From: a virus
DNA: 64,000 nt
Virus record (IMG/VR): IMGVR_UViG_3300025133_000044
Location: 1 to 64,000 of that record
Strand: one strand, 5' to 3'
Part shown: piece by piece, positions 47,601-55,560 of the stretch
Layout: the number at the start of each line of letters is the position of its first letter
Position numbering within the stretch: the stretch's first letter is position 1
The notes under the pieces: generated by a model
What the model was told of the DNA's origin: nothing
The model's database searches: none
Seen by the model: only the letters and a program-made list of their open reading frames with translations
Program-made: the position numbers and the translations under genes

Positions 47601-48041
47601 TGGCGTCACAAACAAACCAAATGCCCCACCACAGGTAGCGCGATCGGTAGTTAATAACTCATCAGTTCTCCAGCCTGGCAATGCTTTGTCGAAGGACTCG
47701 TAACTTGTTTCAGCAGAAGTTGGGTGGTCACCCAAAAGTCGGTAGACAGTACAAGGAGAGTTATTTCGCAACCAAGCTTGAACTGCATATGCAGCATAAG
47801 TTGGAGCAGTTAACGCTCCATTACGCCATACGTCCCCGCTCGGAGTTCCCGCCGAGGGTCGACCAAAGATTTGAACAAACTCTTTAAATGTTTCTACTTT
47901 AATCGGCCTGTTTGCCGGACCTTTTGCAAAACGACCAACGATTACTGGTCCCATGCGCTCCGGAAGTGCCGGTAATGCGGACTCGTCAATCTCATCCATA
48001 AAAATACCGGGTGAAATAAATTTAAATTTATCGACTGCCAT
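44658..48041 (-). CDS. contractile tail sheath protein (gp18-like)
   Basis: SPGIF..EID, GP, FG.P, YPWV, WFAPAG..RG, GQKTLQ, LDRINVRRLL, IEFI.LDF. Confidence 0.95.
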   Translation of the reverse strand: MAVDKFKFISPGIFMDEIDESALPALPERMGPVIVGRFAKGPANRPIKVETFKEFVQIFGRPSAGTPSGDVWRNGALTAPTYAAYAVQAWLRNNSPCTVYRLLGDHPTSAETSYESFDKALPGWRTDELLTTDRATCGGAFGLFVTPDGDQYTATNSGNGAHSIVVATSCTAGAANTRKLKIYDADSQSVEFDIDNTTSTSTATVIAFGNANSNAAQFATNIIDAVNAAYTAGTLKVQAVADPVTTAGVRLVSSVNGTVGNSITATEGSAVTDNVILANSGGGATAWAGGGTCPAVTGTLAAIWYVQDGGSTVEITGTAPNGRATEGCGVLIRSTNQQFTAKVKDASGSTVKAATFNFDKDSDLYIRKLFNTDPTKTNTQITPADSEQVYWLGETFETNVLNDMAVTGAAVTSTGQFWGAVVGLQGNGWDVDWADRLQKAVAARTGWYISQDTRGLTTASFNPTVDTEELFRFVAHDSGEHINRDIKISLQDIKAPTDNFNKFGTFTLAVRAAGDSDNNPVILERFSGLNLNPNSADYIKKVVGDRSYAYNQTTKTITEHGEYPNRSKYVRVETKRIVDDAGAEGLLPYGVYGPVIPRELQLLSGSLVSNITDNAGVDIDPWIASTGSLPADSLVTGHAAAGLISVGPGAAVESNHLTTPSNASGLTASLQWPSTRLRVSASEGNMVMATRAYFGYQSTLADTRIFDKTNLDLLRGQPAGVLAGSLANETKYSWVFTLDDVESVSGSGGFDTSKAIWVSGSRASGRSITAGETGTPSVTSSAEVLERDWNRFTSPMFGGFDGLDITEADPFRNEYIDNGSENTNYAYYSVKKAIDILSDSEFAEFDVATIPGLTNSKLNTMLVNACEDRADALAIIDVEGGYKPRHENDDDEAARMGTVSDIVNKAKDLSLNSSYGCAFYPWVRIKDNVNDAILYVPPSVVALGTFSSSQRKSAVWFAPAGFTRGGLSEGSAGLPVIGVRERLTSALRDKLYDANVNPIASFPAEGIVIFGQKTLQVTPSALDRINVRRLLIFIKKEISQIASRILFDQNVVATWDKFTGQVEPFLEGVKAGLGLTDFRVVLDETTTTPDLVDRNILYAKIFLKPARAIEFIALDFIITRSGASFDD

Positions 48042-48124
48042 GCTTATAACTCCCTTAGTGGTTTCTAGTCAAAACTAGAAATACATTTTCTTAATTAAAT
48101 AGTCTTGGTTGGTTGGAAACTCCT

Positions 48125-48973
48125 TTAAAATCTAAATTCTCCATCTTCGTCACCAATGACAATTCGCTCCCTAGCAAAGCGAATTTGTACAGCATTCTCC
48201 CTTCTTACTGTTCTGCGCTGAACTTGATTTTTTCCATCTCCTATAAGATACCCCAAAACATTGATAGTTAAACTACTTTCATATTTACGTTCTGCCTGTT
48301 CATAAGCAGAAATGTTATTAGCCACATTAAGTTCCCCTTCTATGAAAGCCTCATAATTGTTGTAGTTGTGTTTTATCATAATCCTCTTATGGGCGTGTGC
48401 TCTGCGCATAAAGGGCGCGACAACATCATTCATTTGCTCTTGGTACTCAGTTCTGATAGTAATATTATATCCGAGTTCCACATAGATAGGCAAGGGTATG
48501 GTAATGGTTTCAAAGACTATTTTACCATTTTTCTTGTTCCTATATGTAGGGAAATTAAGCTGTGTTCGTTTTTTATAAGCGTCAGCATTAGCGAAATTAG
48601 AAGTCTTATCTTGCTTAATAACTTTATTAATTGTCAAGTAGCCTCCTTCCAGGTCGCCTCTGGGGTCAACTGCAGCGTATGGAACACCTTTGTTTTCGAA
48701 TTGTTTTGTGACTTTTGTTCTTTCGACAACAATAGCTGGTAAAATGATCATCCCGGTCTTATCGCGCTTTATATCAGTATTTTTTATATTATGTGCCCTC
48801 TCCGAGCCGGCCCAGATTACGGGGATTTTTTGAAAACCTTTATTTGTTTTTGTATGTATATCCATAGAATCATTAATAAATTCATATAAAGCCATATCAA
48901 TATCTTCTAGATCAGATTTATATCTTGGTACATCTCTGGCGACGTCTTCATTTATAGAATCTTTAGGTGCCAT
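48125..48973 (-). CDS. tail terminator / sheath stabiliser (gp15-like)
   Basis: IPVI..ER, LP.I.., P.P.YV.L.Y.I.I.T...QMN; position upstream of sheath. Confidence 0.7.
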   Translation of the reverse strand: MAPKDSINEDVARDVPRYKSDLEDIDMALYEFINDSMDIHTKTNKGFQKIPVIWAGSERAHNIKNTDIKRDKTGMIILPAIVVERTKVTKQFENKGVPYAAVDPRGDLEGGYLTINKVIKQDKTSNFANADAYKKRTQLNFPTYRNKKNGKIVFETITIPLPIYVELGYNITIRTEYQEQMNDVVAPFMRRAHAHKRIMIKHNYNNYEAFIEGELNVANNISAYEQAERKYESSLTINVLGYLIGDGKNQVQRRTVRRENAVQIRFARERIVIGDEDGEFRF

Positions 48974-49457
48974 CAAAAAGGCCCTCTCTAGACTTGATAC
49001 ATTCTGCAGATATTTCAATTCTTCTATCTGCTTGCCCAAATAATTCTTTTGGTTCTTCTAATTTAACTATCTCATAGTAATTCTCGCCATAAGCAAGAAA
49101 ATCACCTTCACGTACAAAAAGATCCTGATCTTCTGTTAATCGTCTTTTATGGAAATGAACAGTTATTTTAACAGTTTTATCTATACCGTATTTATCAGTT
49201 TGAGTTGTTTGGCCTTTAAATTCAACCAAAGCGTAAACCCTAACAGGGGGCAAAAAAGTTTTAACAATTGCTTCGTTGTATAATGAGTGAAAATTTGTAT
49301 GTTCTAAGTCTATTGGATAGTATGCAATTTGTTGTCCAATCACTCTTTCGATTAATTCATCGTTGACCTGCTTAACCAAATCTCGCTCTTTTTCACCAAG
49401 GAAAAGAGGAGGTGGAGGAGCTGCTGGCTGTGTCCATTTATTTTTCTCACTTGCCAT
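48963..49457 (-). CDS. neck/head-closure protein (gp14-like)
   Basis: ELIE.VIGQ..YY, LY.EA..K.F, EGD.L.Y..YYEI. Confidence 0.75.
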   Translation of the reverse strand: MASEKNKWTQPAAPPPPLFLGEKERDLVKQVNDELIERVIGQQIAYYPIDLEHTNFHSLYNEAIVKTFLPPVRVYALVEFKGQTTQTDKYGIDKTVKITVHFHKRRLTEDQDLFVREGDFLAYGENYYEIVKLEEPKELFGQADRRIEISAECIKSREGLFDGT

Positions 49458-49464
49458 TTAAATT

Positions 49465-50760
49465 TTACCCCTGATAGACAGAATATGGGTAGGTACGTAC
49501 AAGCTCCTGAGTTTGTTTCGCCATATTAGTTTGAGTTGTCGTGATTTTCTCGTATGTTAGTTCATCTAACACTTTTTGCAGTTCTTCTCTTAGTTCCTTT
49601 TGTTCTGCTTTGGCCTCTGTGATCATTGCTGTTCCGTTAAGAGTCACTGAAGCGCCGGGAATGGGGATTGTGGCGAACTTACTACGAATCTGCCCAAGAA
49701 CCTCCTTGCACAGGGCTATAGTAAACCTTCTAATCCACTGCTTTCCTATGCTGTTGATATTTTTATAGGATATATTCGCAAAAGGCAAAGTATTCATGTT
49801 GTTGATACCAGCCAAGCCGTCTTTGCGATCGTCTTGCTCCTCCCAAGGGTCTTCGTTGACTGTGAATTCAAACCAAATTGACCGAGGGCTGGTGCTGGTT
49901 GGGATCGGGAATATTCTTAATTTATTATTTTTAATTTCATAAGAATAATGAGAATTTCGTGTATAAATTGCATCTTCATATGTTATTGCTTGCAACTTGT
50001 TTTGCCATGGCGGAATTACTTCAAAAGTAGAATCATCGGCAAACATGCCATAAGTTGACATGTTTCCTACTGCGTTTAAGCCACCATAATAACCATAGAA
50101 TCTCCACATTGCGTGTGGGGTCTTGAAATAGACTCTTCTTATGATGACACGCTTATTGTTGATTTTATTGTAATAATTGTATTCAGGCGACAAAGAATTA
50201 GTTTGAATCTCTTGCTGCAAATCGTAATCTTGCTTAAGTCTGGTCGTGCCAATCGACCCTGAATATACAGTAGCAGTTCCACCAAGTCCCGTTTCCTGGA
50301 TCGTATTGTCCATAATCTTTTTTGAATAACCTAGCTTATATTTAGGATACTTTAGTTCAACGTTGCTTCCACTCAGTGAATCAGTTCTTTGCCCATCTTG
50401 ATCAAAAGTACCAGTTGTGTGGCCAAGAGAACTATGTAAGATATTTTTAGCCTGATGAATATTAACAATATAAGAATATTCTAGTATTGCTTCTTCATAA
50501 GCAGCATACACGTTCTTTTCTGTCAGCTCAATATCAAGTACATCGCCGCCGAGCTTTCTATAAGTAAAGTTTACCTGCTCAATAGCACCAGTGATGAAAT
50601 TAACGTCATAAAGCTCATTTGATGTACCATCAGCCTTCGTCTCGCTGGCGTATAAACCATATGGATAGTTTGTTGAGACACTAGCTACGGAAAACGTGCC
50701 GGTCTGCGGTAATACAACAGTTGAAGTCTGTGAACTGGGTGTGAGTGTCGGCGTCGCCAT
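49465..50760 (-). CDS. neck/head-tail adaptor protein (gp13-like)
   Basis: LG..V.DIELT, WIRRF..AL.KE.LG.IRSKF..IP...LNG. Confidence 0.82.
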   Translation of the reverse strand: MATPTLTPSSQTSTVVLPQTGTFSVASVSTNYPYGLYASETKADGTSNELYDVNFITGAIEQVNFTYRKLGGDVLDIELTEKNVYAAYEEAILEYSYIVNIHQAKNILHSSLGHTTGTFDQDGQRTDSLSGSNVELKYPKYKLGYSKKIMDNTIQETGLGGTATVYSGSIGTTRLKQDYDLQQEIQTNSLSPEYNYYNKINNKRVIIRRVYFKTPHAMWRFYGYYGGLNAVGNMSTYGMFADDSTFEVIPPWQNKLQAITYEDAIYTRNSHYSYEIKNNKLRIFPIPTSTSPRSIWFEFTVNEDPWEEQDDRKDGLAGINNMNTLPFANISYKNINSIGKQWIRRFTIALCKEVLGQIRSKFATIPIPGASVTLNGTAMITEAKAEQKELREELQKVLDELTYEKITTTQTNMAKQTQELVRTYPYSVYQG

Positions 50761-50805
50761 TCATTAGTGCCTCCTATACAATGTAATTAGTTAGGAGAGA
50801 CTTAA

Positions 50806-51219
50806 TTAGCCCTCAGAGGTTTTCTTCGTTGCTTTTTTTGGAGTAGTTTTTCTTTTTGCAAAAACGCTCTTCTTTTTCTTCTTTGTTTTCGCAGGAGCCT
50901 TTGCAGCTTTTTTTACTTCTGGTTTTGGAGCCACAACTTCAGCTGCGGCCTCTGAAGCTTTTTCAGCAACTTCTTTTACTTCCTCTACTACTGTCATAAC
51001 AACTTCTTTTACTTCTTCTGCTGCTATTGTGACAACTGCTTCAACTAATTCTTCTTTTGCCTGTTTGATTTGCACAGCTTCTTGTTCTGTGACCACGCTA
51101 TCGGCTTCTGCTTCCTCGATTACCTCGCGCAATTTAGTTACAGCCTTGGTGTAAGGATGGGAAGCATATTTTTTCCCATATTTTTGAGGATATCTTCTAA
51201 TTCTTGCTTTTTTACCCAT
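50806..51219 (-). CDS. hypothetical protein with acidic core and Lys/Ala-rich tail
   Basis: EEVKE repeats, KKAAKAPAKTKKKKK..PKKATKK. Confidence 0.75.
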   Translation of the reverse strand: MGKKARIRRYPQKYGKKYASHPYTKAVTKLREVIEEAEADSVVTEQEAVQIKQAKEELVEAVVTIAAEEVKEVVMTVVEEVKEVAEKASEAAAEVVAPKPEVKKAAKAPAKTKKKKKSVFAKRKTTPKKATKKTSEG

Positions 51220-51332
51220 TGTGGGCCTCCTTGTTCTACCTAGTAAATAGTTATTTAAAAAATGAAAATCTCAAAAATTGGTCATGCGATTTTTTTGGCA
51301 TATCGACATTCTTAACCTTGAATATATATAGC

Positions 51333-51367
51333 AAAAAACCCCTTGTCTGTAAAAGAGCAAGGGGTTT
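51333..51367 (-). terminator. intrinsic terminator
   Basis: AAACCCCTTG...CAAGGGGTTT + T-run. Confidence 0.7.
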
Positions 51368-51399
51368 AATACTTTTGATTTATGACTTATTAGTCACAT

Positions 51400-51885
51400 C
51401 TATACCGCGGTAGCGTTTGGAGTCACAGCACCAGTGGCTTTGTTGCCCTCAGTGAGTACGCCACTGACATACCAGTCTGTTCCATCAGAGATACACTCAA
51501 GATAATCACCAGCGCTTACTGCGCCTTCTGATGAATCAAGAATGAGTCTAGAAATACTAGTGCCAGCATGTTCAATAGCAGCAGGGAAACCGCCTATCTC
51601 TACTGCACCAGAGTTACCAGTGACAAGAGGTCCTTGAATGTCACATGCAGAATCGTGTGTCGTCAAGGTAAAATCATTTGTAGCTTCTCCATGTGCCGCG
51701 ACAGCAATGATAAATTTAAAATACATTCCTGCCCTAGGGGTTGGCAATGTGACAACAACCGAACTGGATGAAATATCAATGAAGTATACTTCTCCGGTCT
51801 CTGCATCACCAATTGTTTTATCGGCAGAGACGGTTTCGACTCTCATGAGCGATGAATTTCTTGATGCTCTTCCTACTTTAGCCAT
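51400..51885 (-). CDS. putative capsid decoration protein
   Basis: Beta-rich, downstream of major capsid gene; G..YF...V.VTLP...G..F.F, GD.LE..SDGT.WYV.G. Confidence 0.6.
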   Translation of the reverse strand: MAKVGRASRNSSLMRVETVSADKTIGDAETGEVYFIDISSSSVVVTLPTPRAGMYFKFIIAVAAHGEATNDFTLTTHDSACDIQGPLVTGNSGAVEIGGFPAAIEHAGTSISRLILDSSEGAVSAGDYLECISDGTDWYVSGVLTEGNKATGAVTPNATAV

Positions 51886-51964
51886 GTTTGTTTTCTCCTT
51901 TTAAAAAAGGCTTTCTGCCTTATCAATCATTATAAATAGTAATGTGTTTGCTTAAATGTCTAAA

Positions 51965-52165
51965 TTATTCTGATTCTTCTTCGACGGCTTCTTCAACATC
52001 TGTCCCTTCTTCCGGCGGTGGTGCAGGGGGAACGAAATGGTTAACTGCTTGGGATACCAAAGAGGCCTCATTAAGATTAAAGGCTCCTCGCTGTTGAGCC
52101 AATTGAGCAGCCTGAATTAACATATGTACTGCTTGCTGCTGTGTTTCTACAGTTTCTTGTGACAT
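51965..52165 (-). CDS. hypothetical protein
   Basis: AGGAG SD; AQQRGAFNLNEA. Confidence 0.75.
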   Translation of the reverse strand: MSQETVETQQQAVHMLIQAAQLAQQRGAFNLNEASLVSQAVNHFVPPAPPPEEGTDVEEAVEEESE

Positions 52166-52238
52166 GGTAAACTCCTTTTTCTATGTCAGATATTATAATT
52201 ATAACAATCTTAAATTTTAATGTTAAGTTTTATTTAAT

Positions 52239-52273
52239 AAAAAAACCCGCCAAGAGAAAACTCAAGGCGGGTT
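52239..52273 (-). terminator. intrinsic terminator after major capsid gene
   Basis: AACCCGCC...GGCGGGTT + T-run. Confidence 0.8.
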
Positions 52274-52297
52274 GGTTTAGTTACCTAGTAATCAGGC

Positions 52298-54142
52298 TTA
52301 GGAGCCAGATTCACCAAGCAGGCCGCGAACAACGACAAGACCATACATATCAGGTCGAACCATCTGTTTCGCATACCGAGTCATCACGCCCTTACGGGGT
52401 ACGAAGTCTTCGGTACCAAAGATGGTCGGAGTGACCTGTAGCGGTACGTATGGAGCGTAGACATAGCCACTTTCCAAGAAACTTGAACCGTTACGACCGA
52501 CAAGAAGGACGTTACGCGGGAAATAGGGGTCCACGTAGACATCAAACTTGCGGCTGAGGCTGCCAGCGTTAACTGCGCCGATAGTGCCACGATCATCATC
52601 ATGAGTAACGTTCGCACGGAACCCTGAGGTGAACTCAAGGATGTTAGCAACTTCAGGTGAACACACCACGAAGTTAGCTCCGCCACGAAGCGTCTTACGA
52701 TGAATCTGAGCAGACACGTCGTTAATGGTCTCGACAAGAGTCTCGTACCATTCACTTACCGTACCAGTGAAATCAGGAGCAGCTGCAGTAGCACCTAGCT
52801 CTGCACCGGTTTCGCGGTTAACGAAAAGGCCCGGTGAGCGAGCCCAGTAGTAACGAGCAGCAGTGCCACCCTGAACCAGAGCACCTAGGATTTCACGATC
52901 GATTTCAAGGGCGATCTGCTCAGAAAGAATCTGAGTTAGTTCGACCTCTGCATCGAGGTTGTGATAGGCGTTAAGGTCCTGACCGAGTTCCGGAGTCCAC
53001 TTAGCTTTGAGCTTCTTGGTAACCGCAGTAACAGCGATACTGTCAACCCTGATGTCAATTTCAGGAATGGCACCAGTATTCTCCAAGCCCCACGGTGTAC
53101 CCATTGCAACGATACCAATAGCATCCTGTCCAGTGCCCGCATTTGGCGCGGCATTCATGTTATCGACAAGTGGGAACGTGAAGTCCATATCGGCCCCCGT
53201 AGGCATCGTGGTGCCGGCCGCGCCGGCGTTGGCCGGGTCGACCTGATCGTCCTGACCAATCCACGTAAGATACAAGGTATCCTTGACACCATCCCAAGCA
53301 GCTTCAGACGGATGGTTGGCCCAAGAGCCAAGAGTAGTTAAACGTCGAACCATAACAGCATTTACCATGTTGCCACCGCCGGTGTGCTCAATAGTTATAA
53401 GCTTATCTCGATCCAAAATTTGGCCAGATTGGCCGGCCTCCTGATTTTCAAAGTTAGATACCCGAACTCTAGCTACGACGGCTTCGTGACCAGCGCCAAG
53501 ACCGAGAACATCTTCGTCCCAACGAAGAATTCGTTTTTCAGCCTCACTGGGGTTAGTAAGATCGATGATGCCGACGTGCGTAACAAGTTGCGCAGCCGTG
53601 AGGTTCGTTACCGAACCAGTAGTCGAAGAATAACCAGTATTCAAGTTGTAGAAACCTTCATCTGGGCTATCGCCACTTACACCAACAGCGTCACCCATGG
53701 TCGCGGACGATTGGTACCCCAACTCAACACCACCTGTGATCTCATGACCAACTTTGCCACCGCCATAGAGCGATTCATTGTCGCCCATAGTGGGCCCAGT
53801 GACAGATGCAGCAGTAAAGTCCAGGAAGAAGATGAGGCCAGACGGCAAACTCATCGGCTGGACCGAAACGAGATTATTGGCGACGAGACCGCCAAAGACA
53901 CGACGAACGATCGGGAACGCTACGGAAGCGAAACCCTCGACATCGCCTGCACTCATACTCGATGCTTCCTTAAGAAGCTGTGCAGCTTGATTTTCTAATA
54001 GACGGGCCATACCCTGCCTACTGGCATCTCCAGTAAGTCCTTCAAGAAGACCAGTACGTTCCCACTTGTCAAGTAAGGCAGCACCCTCTCTTTGAAGACT
54101 TCGCGAGGCGATACCTTCAGTTAGCTTTTGTAAAACAGACAT
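52298..54142 (-). CDS. major capsid protein (T4 gp23-like)
   Basis: KW..GLLEG, LLENQ, P.VRRVF, VQPM..PSGLIF, KLKA.WT.EL.QDL.A.H..DAE.EL, EIDREI, YAPYVPL, PR.G.MTRY. Confidence 0.97.
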   Translation of the reverse strand: MSVLQKLTEGIASRSLQREGAALLDKWERTGLLEGLTGDASRQGMARLLENQAAQLLKEASSMSAGDVEGFASVAFPIVRRVFGGLVANNLVSVQPMSLPSGLIFFLDFTAASVTGPTMGDNESLYGGGKVGHEITGGVELGYQSSATMGDAVGVSGDSPDEGFYNLNTGYSSTTGSVTNLTAAQLVTHVGIIDLTNPSEAEKRILRWDEDVLGLGAGHEAVVARVRVSNFENQEAGQSGQILDRDKLITIEHTGGGNMVNAVMVRRLTTLGSWANHPSEAAWDGVKDTLYLTWIGQDDQVDPANAGAAGTTMPTGADMDFTFPLVDNMNAAPNAGTGQDAIGIVAMGTPWGLENTGAIPEIDIRVDSIAVTAVTKKLKAKWTPELGQDLNAYHNLDAEVELTQILSEQIALEIDREILGALVQGGTAARYYWARSPGLFVNRETGAELGATAAAPDFTGTVSEWYETLVETINDVSAQIHRKTLRGGANFVVCSPEVANILEFTSGFRANVTHDDDRGTIGAVNAGSLSRKFDVYVDPYFPRNVLLVGRNGSSFLESGYVYAPYVPLQVTPTIFGTEDFVPRKGVMTRYAKQMVRPDMYGLVVVRGLLGESGS

Positions 54143-54167
54143 TTTTTAAACCTCCTATAGTATATTA

Positions 54168-55496
54168 TTAAGTCTTATTAATTCCAGCTAGGAATTTCCA
54201 GCGATCATACACTGGTACTTTTTTCTGTCTTGCAGATTTGTTTTCTCTGCTCGACAGAATCATTGAAGAAGACTTTTCAACTGCCTCGCTCAGTGACTTA
54301 GGCTGCTTAGCATTTCTGCGAGAGGTGCTGCCCACTGTGCTTTGAAGTGTTTCAAAAATAACTTTTGCTTCTTCAATATTGTCGGCACTAGAAATAGCTT
54401 CGGCAAGCTTACGCTTTTGCCGCTCATTCAGGGAGTCGCTGTCCAATGCCTTGTTCGTGTAAAGTAGTTTTGCGTTTGTAAGAGAAGCTGCATCGAGCTT
54501 CTCTTTTAATATTACAACTGCGTCTCGTAATCTTTTAACATAATCATCTGATTTTGATAGAGACTTTGCTAGTTGTTTGTTTTTCTTTCCTAATGATTCG
54601 TTAACTTTTTCAAGTTCGCTAACAGCCTTTCTTATGGCGTCTTTTTCTTCTCGAACTTTCGAATCTTGTTCTAAAGCCAATAATTCTTCATCAGCTAGCT
54701 CTAGTAAGGGCCCGGGCGTCCCAGCCCAGCCGCTCTTTTGGGGGTGAATATCAACTGTCAACTGTTCATAGATCTGACTATAAAGTTCTTCTTCTAGTTC
54801 CTCTTCAGAGAGGGTATCTTCCAAGAATAATTCTTCGTCTAGACCTTCCTCATAAGCATCTTCATCGTAAACAGCTTCCTCATAAAGATCTTCGTCTAAA
54901 TAATCTTCGTCTAAAGATCCTTCACCCAAATAGTCTTCGTCCAGGTAGTCTTCATCTAGACTCTGTTCTCCAAGTGCGGGGGCGCCGACGCTTGAATAAT
55001 CTGCTTCGCCCCAAAGATCTTCTTCGTATAAGTCTTCTGCCATCAAATCTTCCAAAAGGCCTTCAGTAAGTTCAACTTCTTCTTTGTTTTCTGTGTCTTC
55101 ATTCAACTTTTCTATTTGTTCTAGTAAGGCATCAAGAGGAATTTCAATTTCTGCGTCAATTGCGCCAAGTTTCTGAGTTGCTGCCTTGGGGATATGTTCC
55201 ATAACAGAACTTTCTTCTACTTTTTCTCCCATGGCCATATCGTCAGTTGGGGCGCCTATATCCATACCAAGTCCGCCAGCAAGAGGGTCTGCTCCTGCTG
55301 CTCCTGGTGCAGGAGGGGCCCCTGCCATCATTGGATCCGCTGCAAGCGGATCAGGCATGTCTTGTTCTAGTAAAGATTCTACAGCTCCCTTGATCTGCCT
55401 TGAATATTTTTCTAAAACCATTGATTCAGCATTTTTGACTGCAGCTTCACGAAGAGCATCCGCATCAATTATTGCTTGTTCTAACATGTTGGACAT
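54168..55496 (-). CDS. prohead scaffolding/core protein (gp22-like)
   Basis: Upstream of capsid gene; acidic repeats, coiled coil, NAKLLY.N, ends RW..LAGI. Confidence 0.85.
   Translation of the reverse strand: MSNMLEQAIIDADALREAAVKNAESMVLEKYSRQIKGAVESLLEQDMPDPLAADPMMAGAPPAPGAAGADPLAGGLGMDIGAPTDDMAMGEKVEESSVMEHIPKAATQKLGAIDAEIEIPLDALLEQIEKLNEDTENKEEVELTEGLLEDLMAEDLYEEDLWGEADYSSVGAPALGEQSLDEDYLDEDYLGEGSLDEDYLDEDLYEEAVYDEDAYEEGLDEELFLEDTLSEEELEEELYSQIYEQLTVDIHPQKSGWAGTPGPLLELADEELLALEQDSKVREEKDAIRKAVSELEKVNESLGKKNKQLAKSLSKSDDYVKRLRDAVVILKEKLDAASLTNAKLLYTNKALDSDSLNERQKRKLAEAISSADNIEEAKVIFETLQSTVGSTSRRNAKQPKSLSEAVEKSSSMILSSRENKSARQKKVPVYDRWKFLAGINKT
54770..55080 (-). repeat. degenerate ~15-nt (5-aa) acidic tandem repeats in scaffold
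   Basis: EDLYE / LDEDYL / EDAYEE units. Confidence 0.65.
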
Positions 55497-55560
55497 TTAT
55501 TGACTCCTGATAGACTATTTGTCAAAATAAATAGTATGTTGGATATTAAAGTGACTCATT

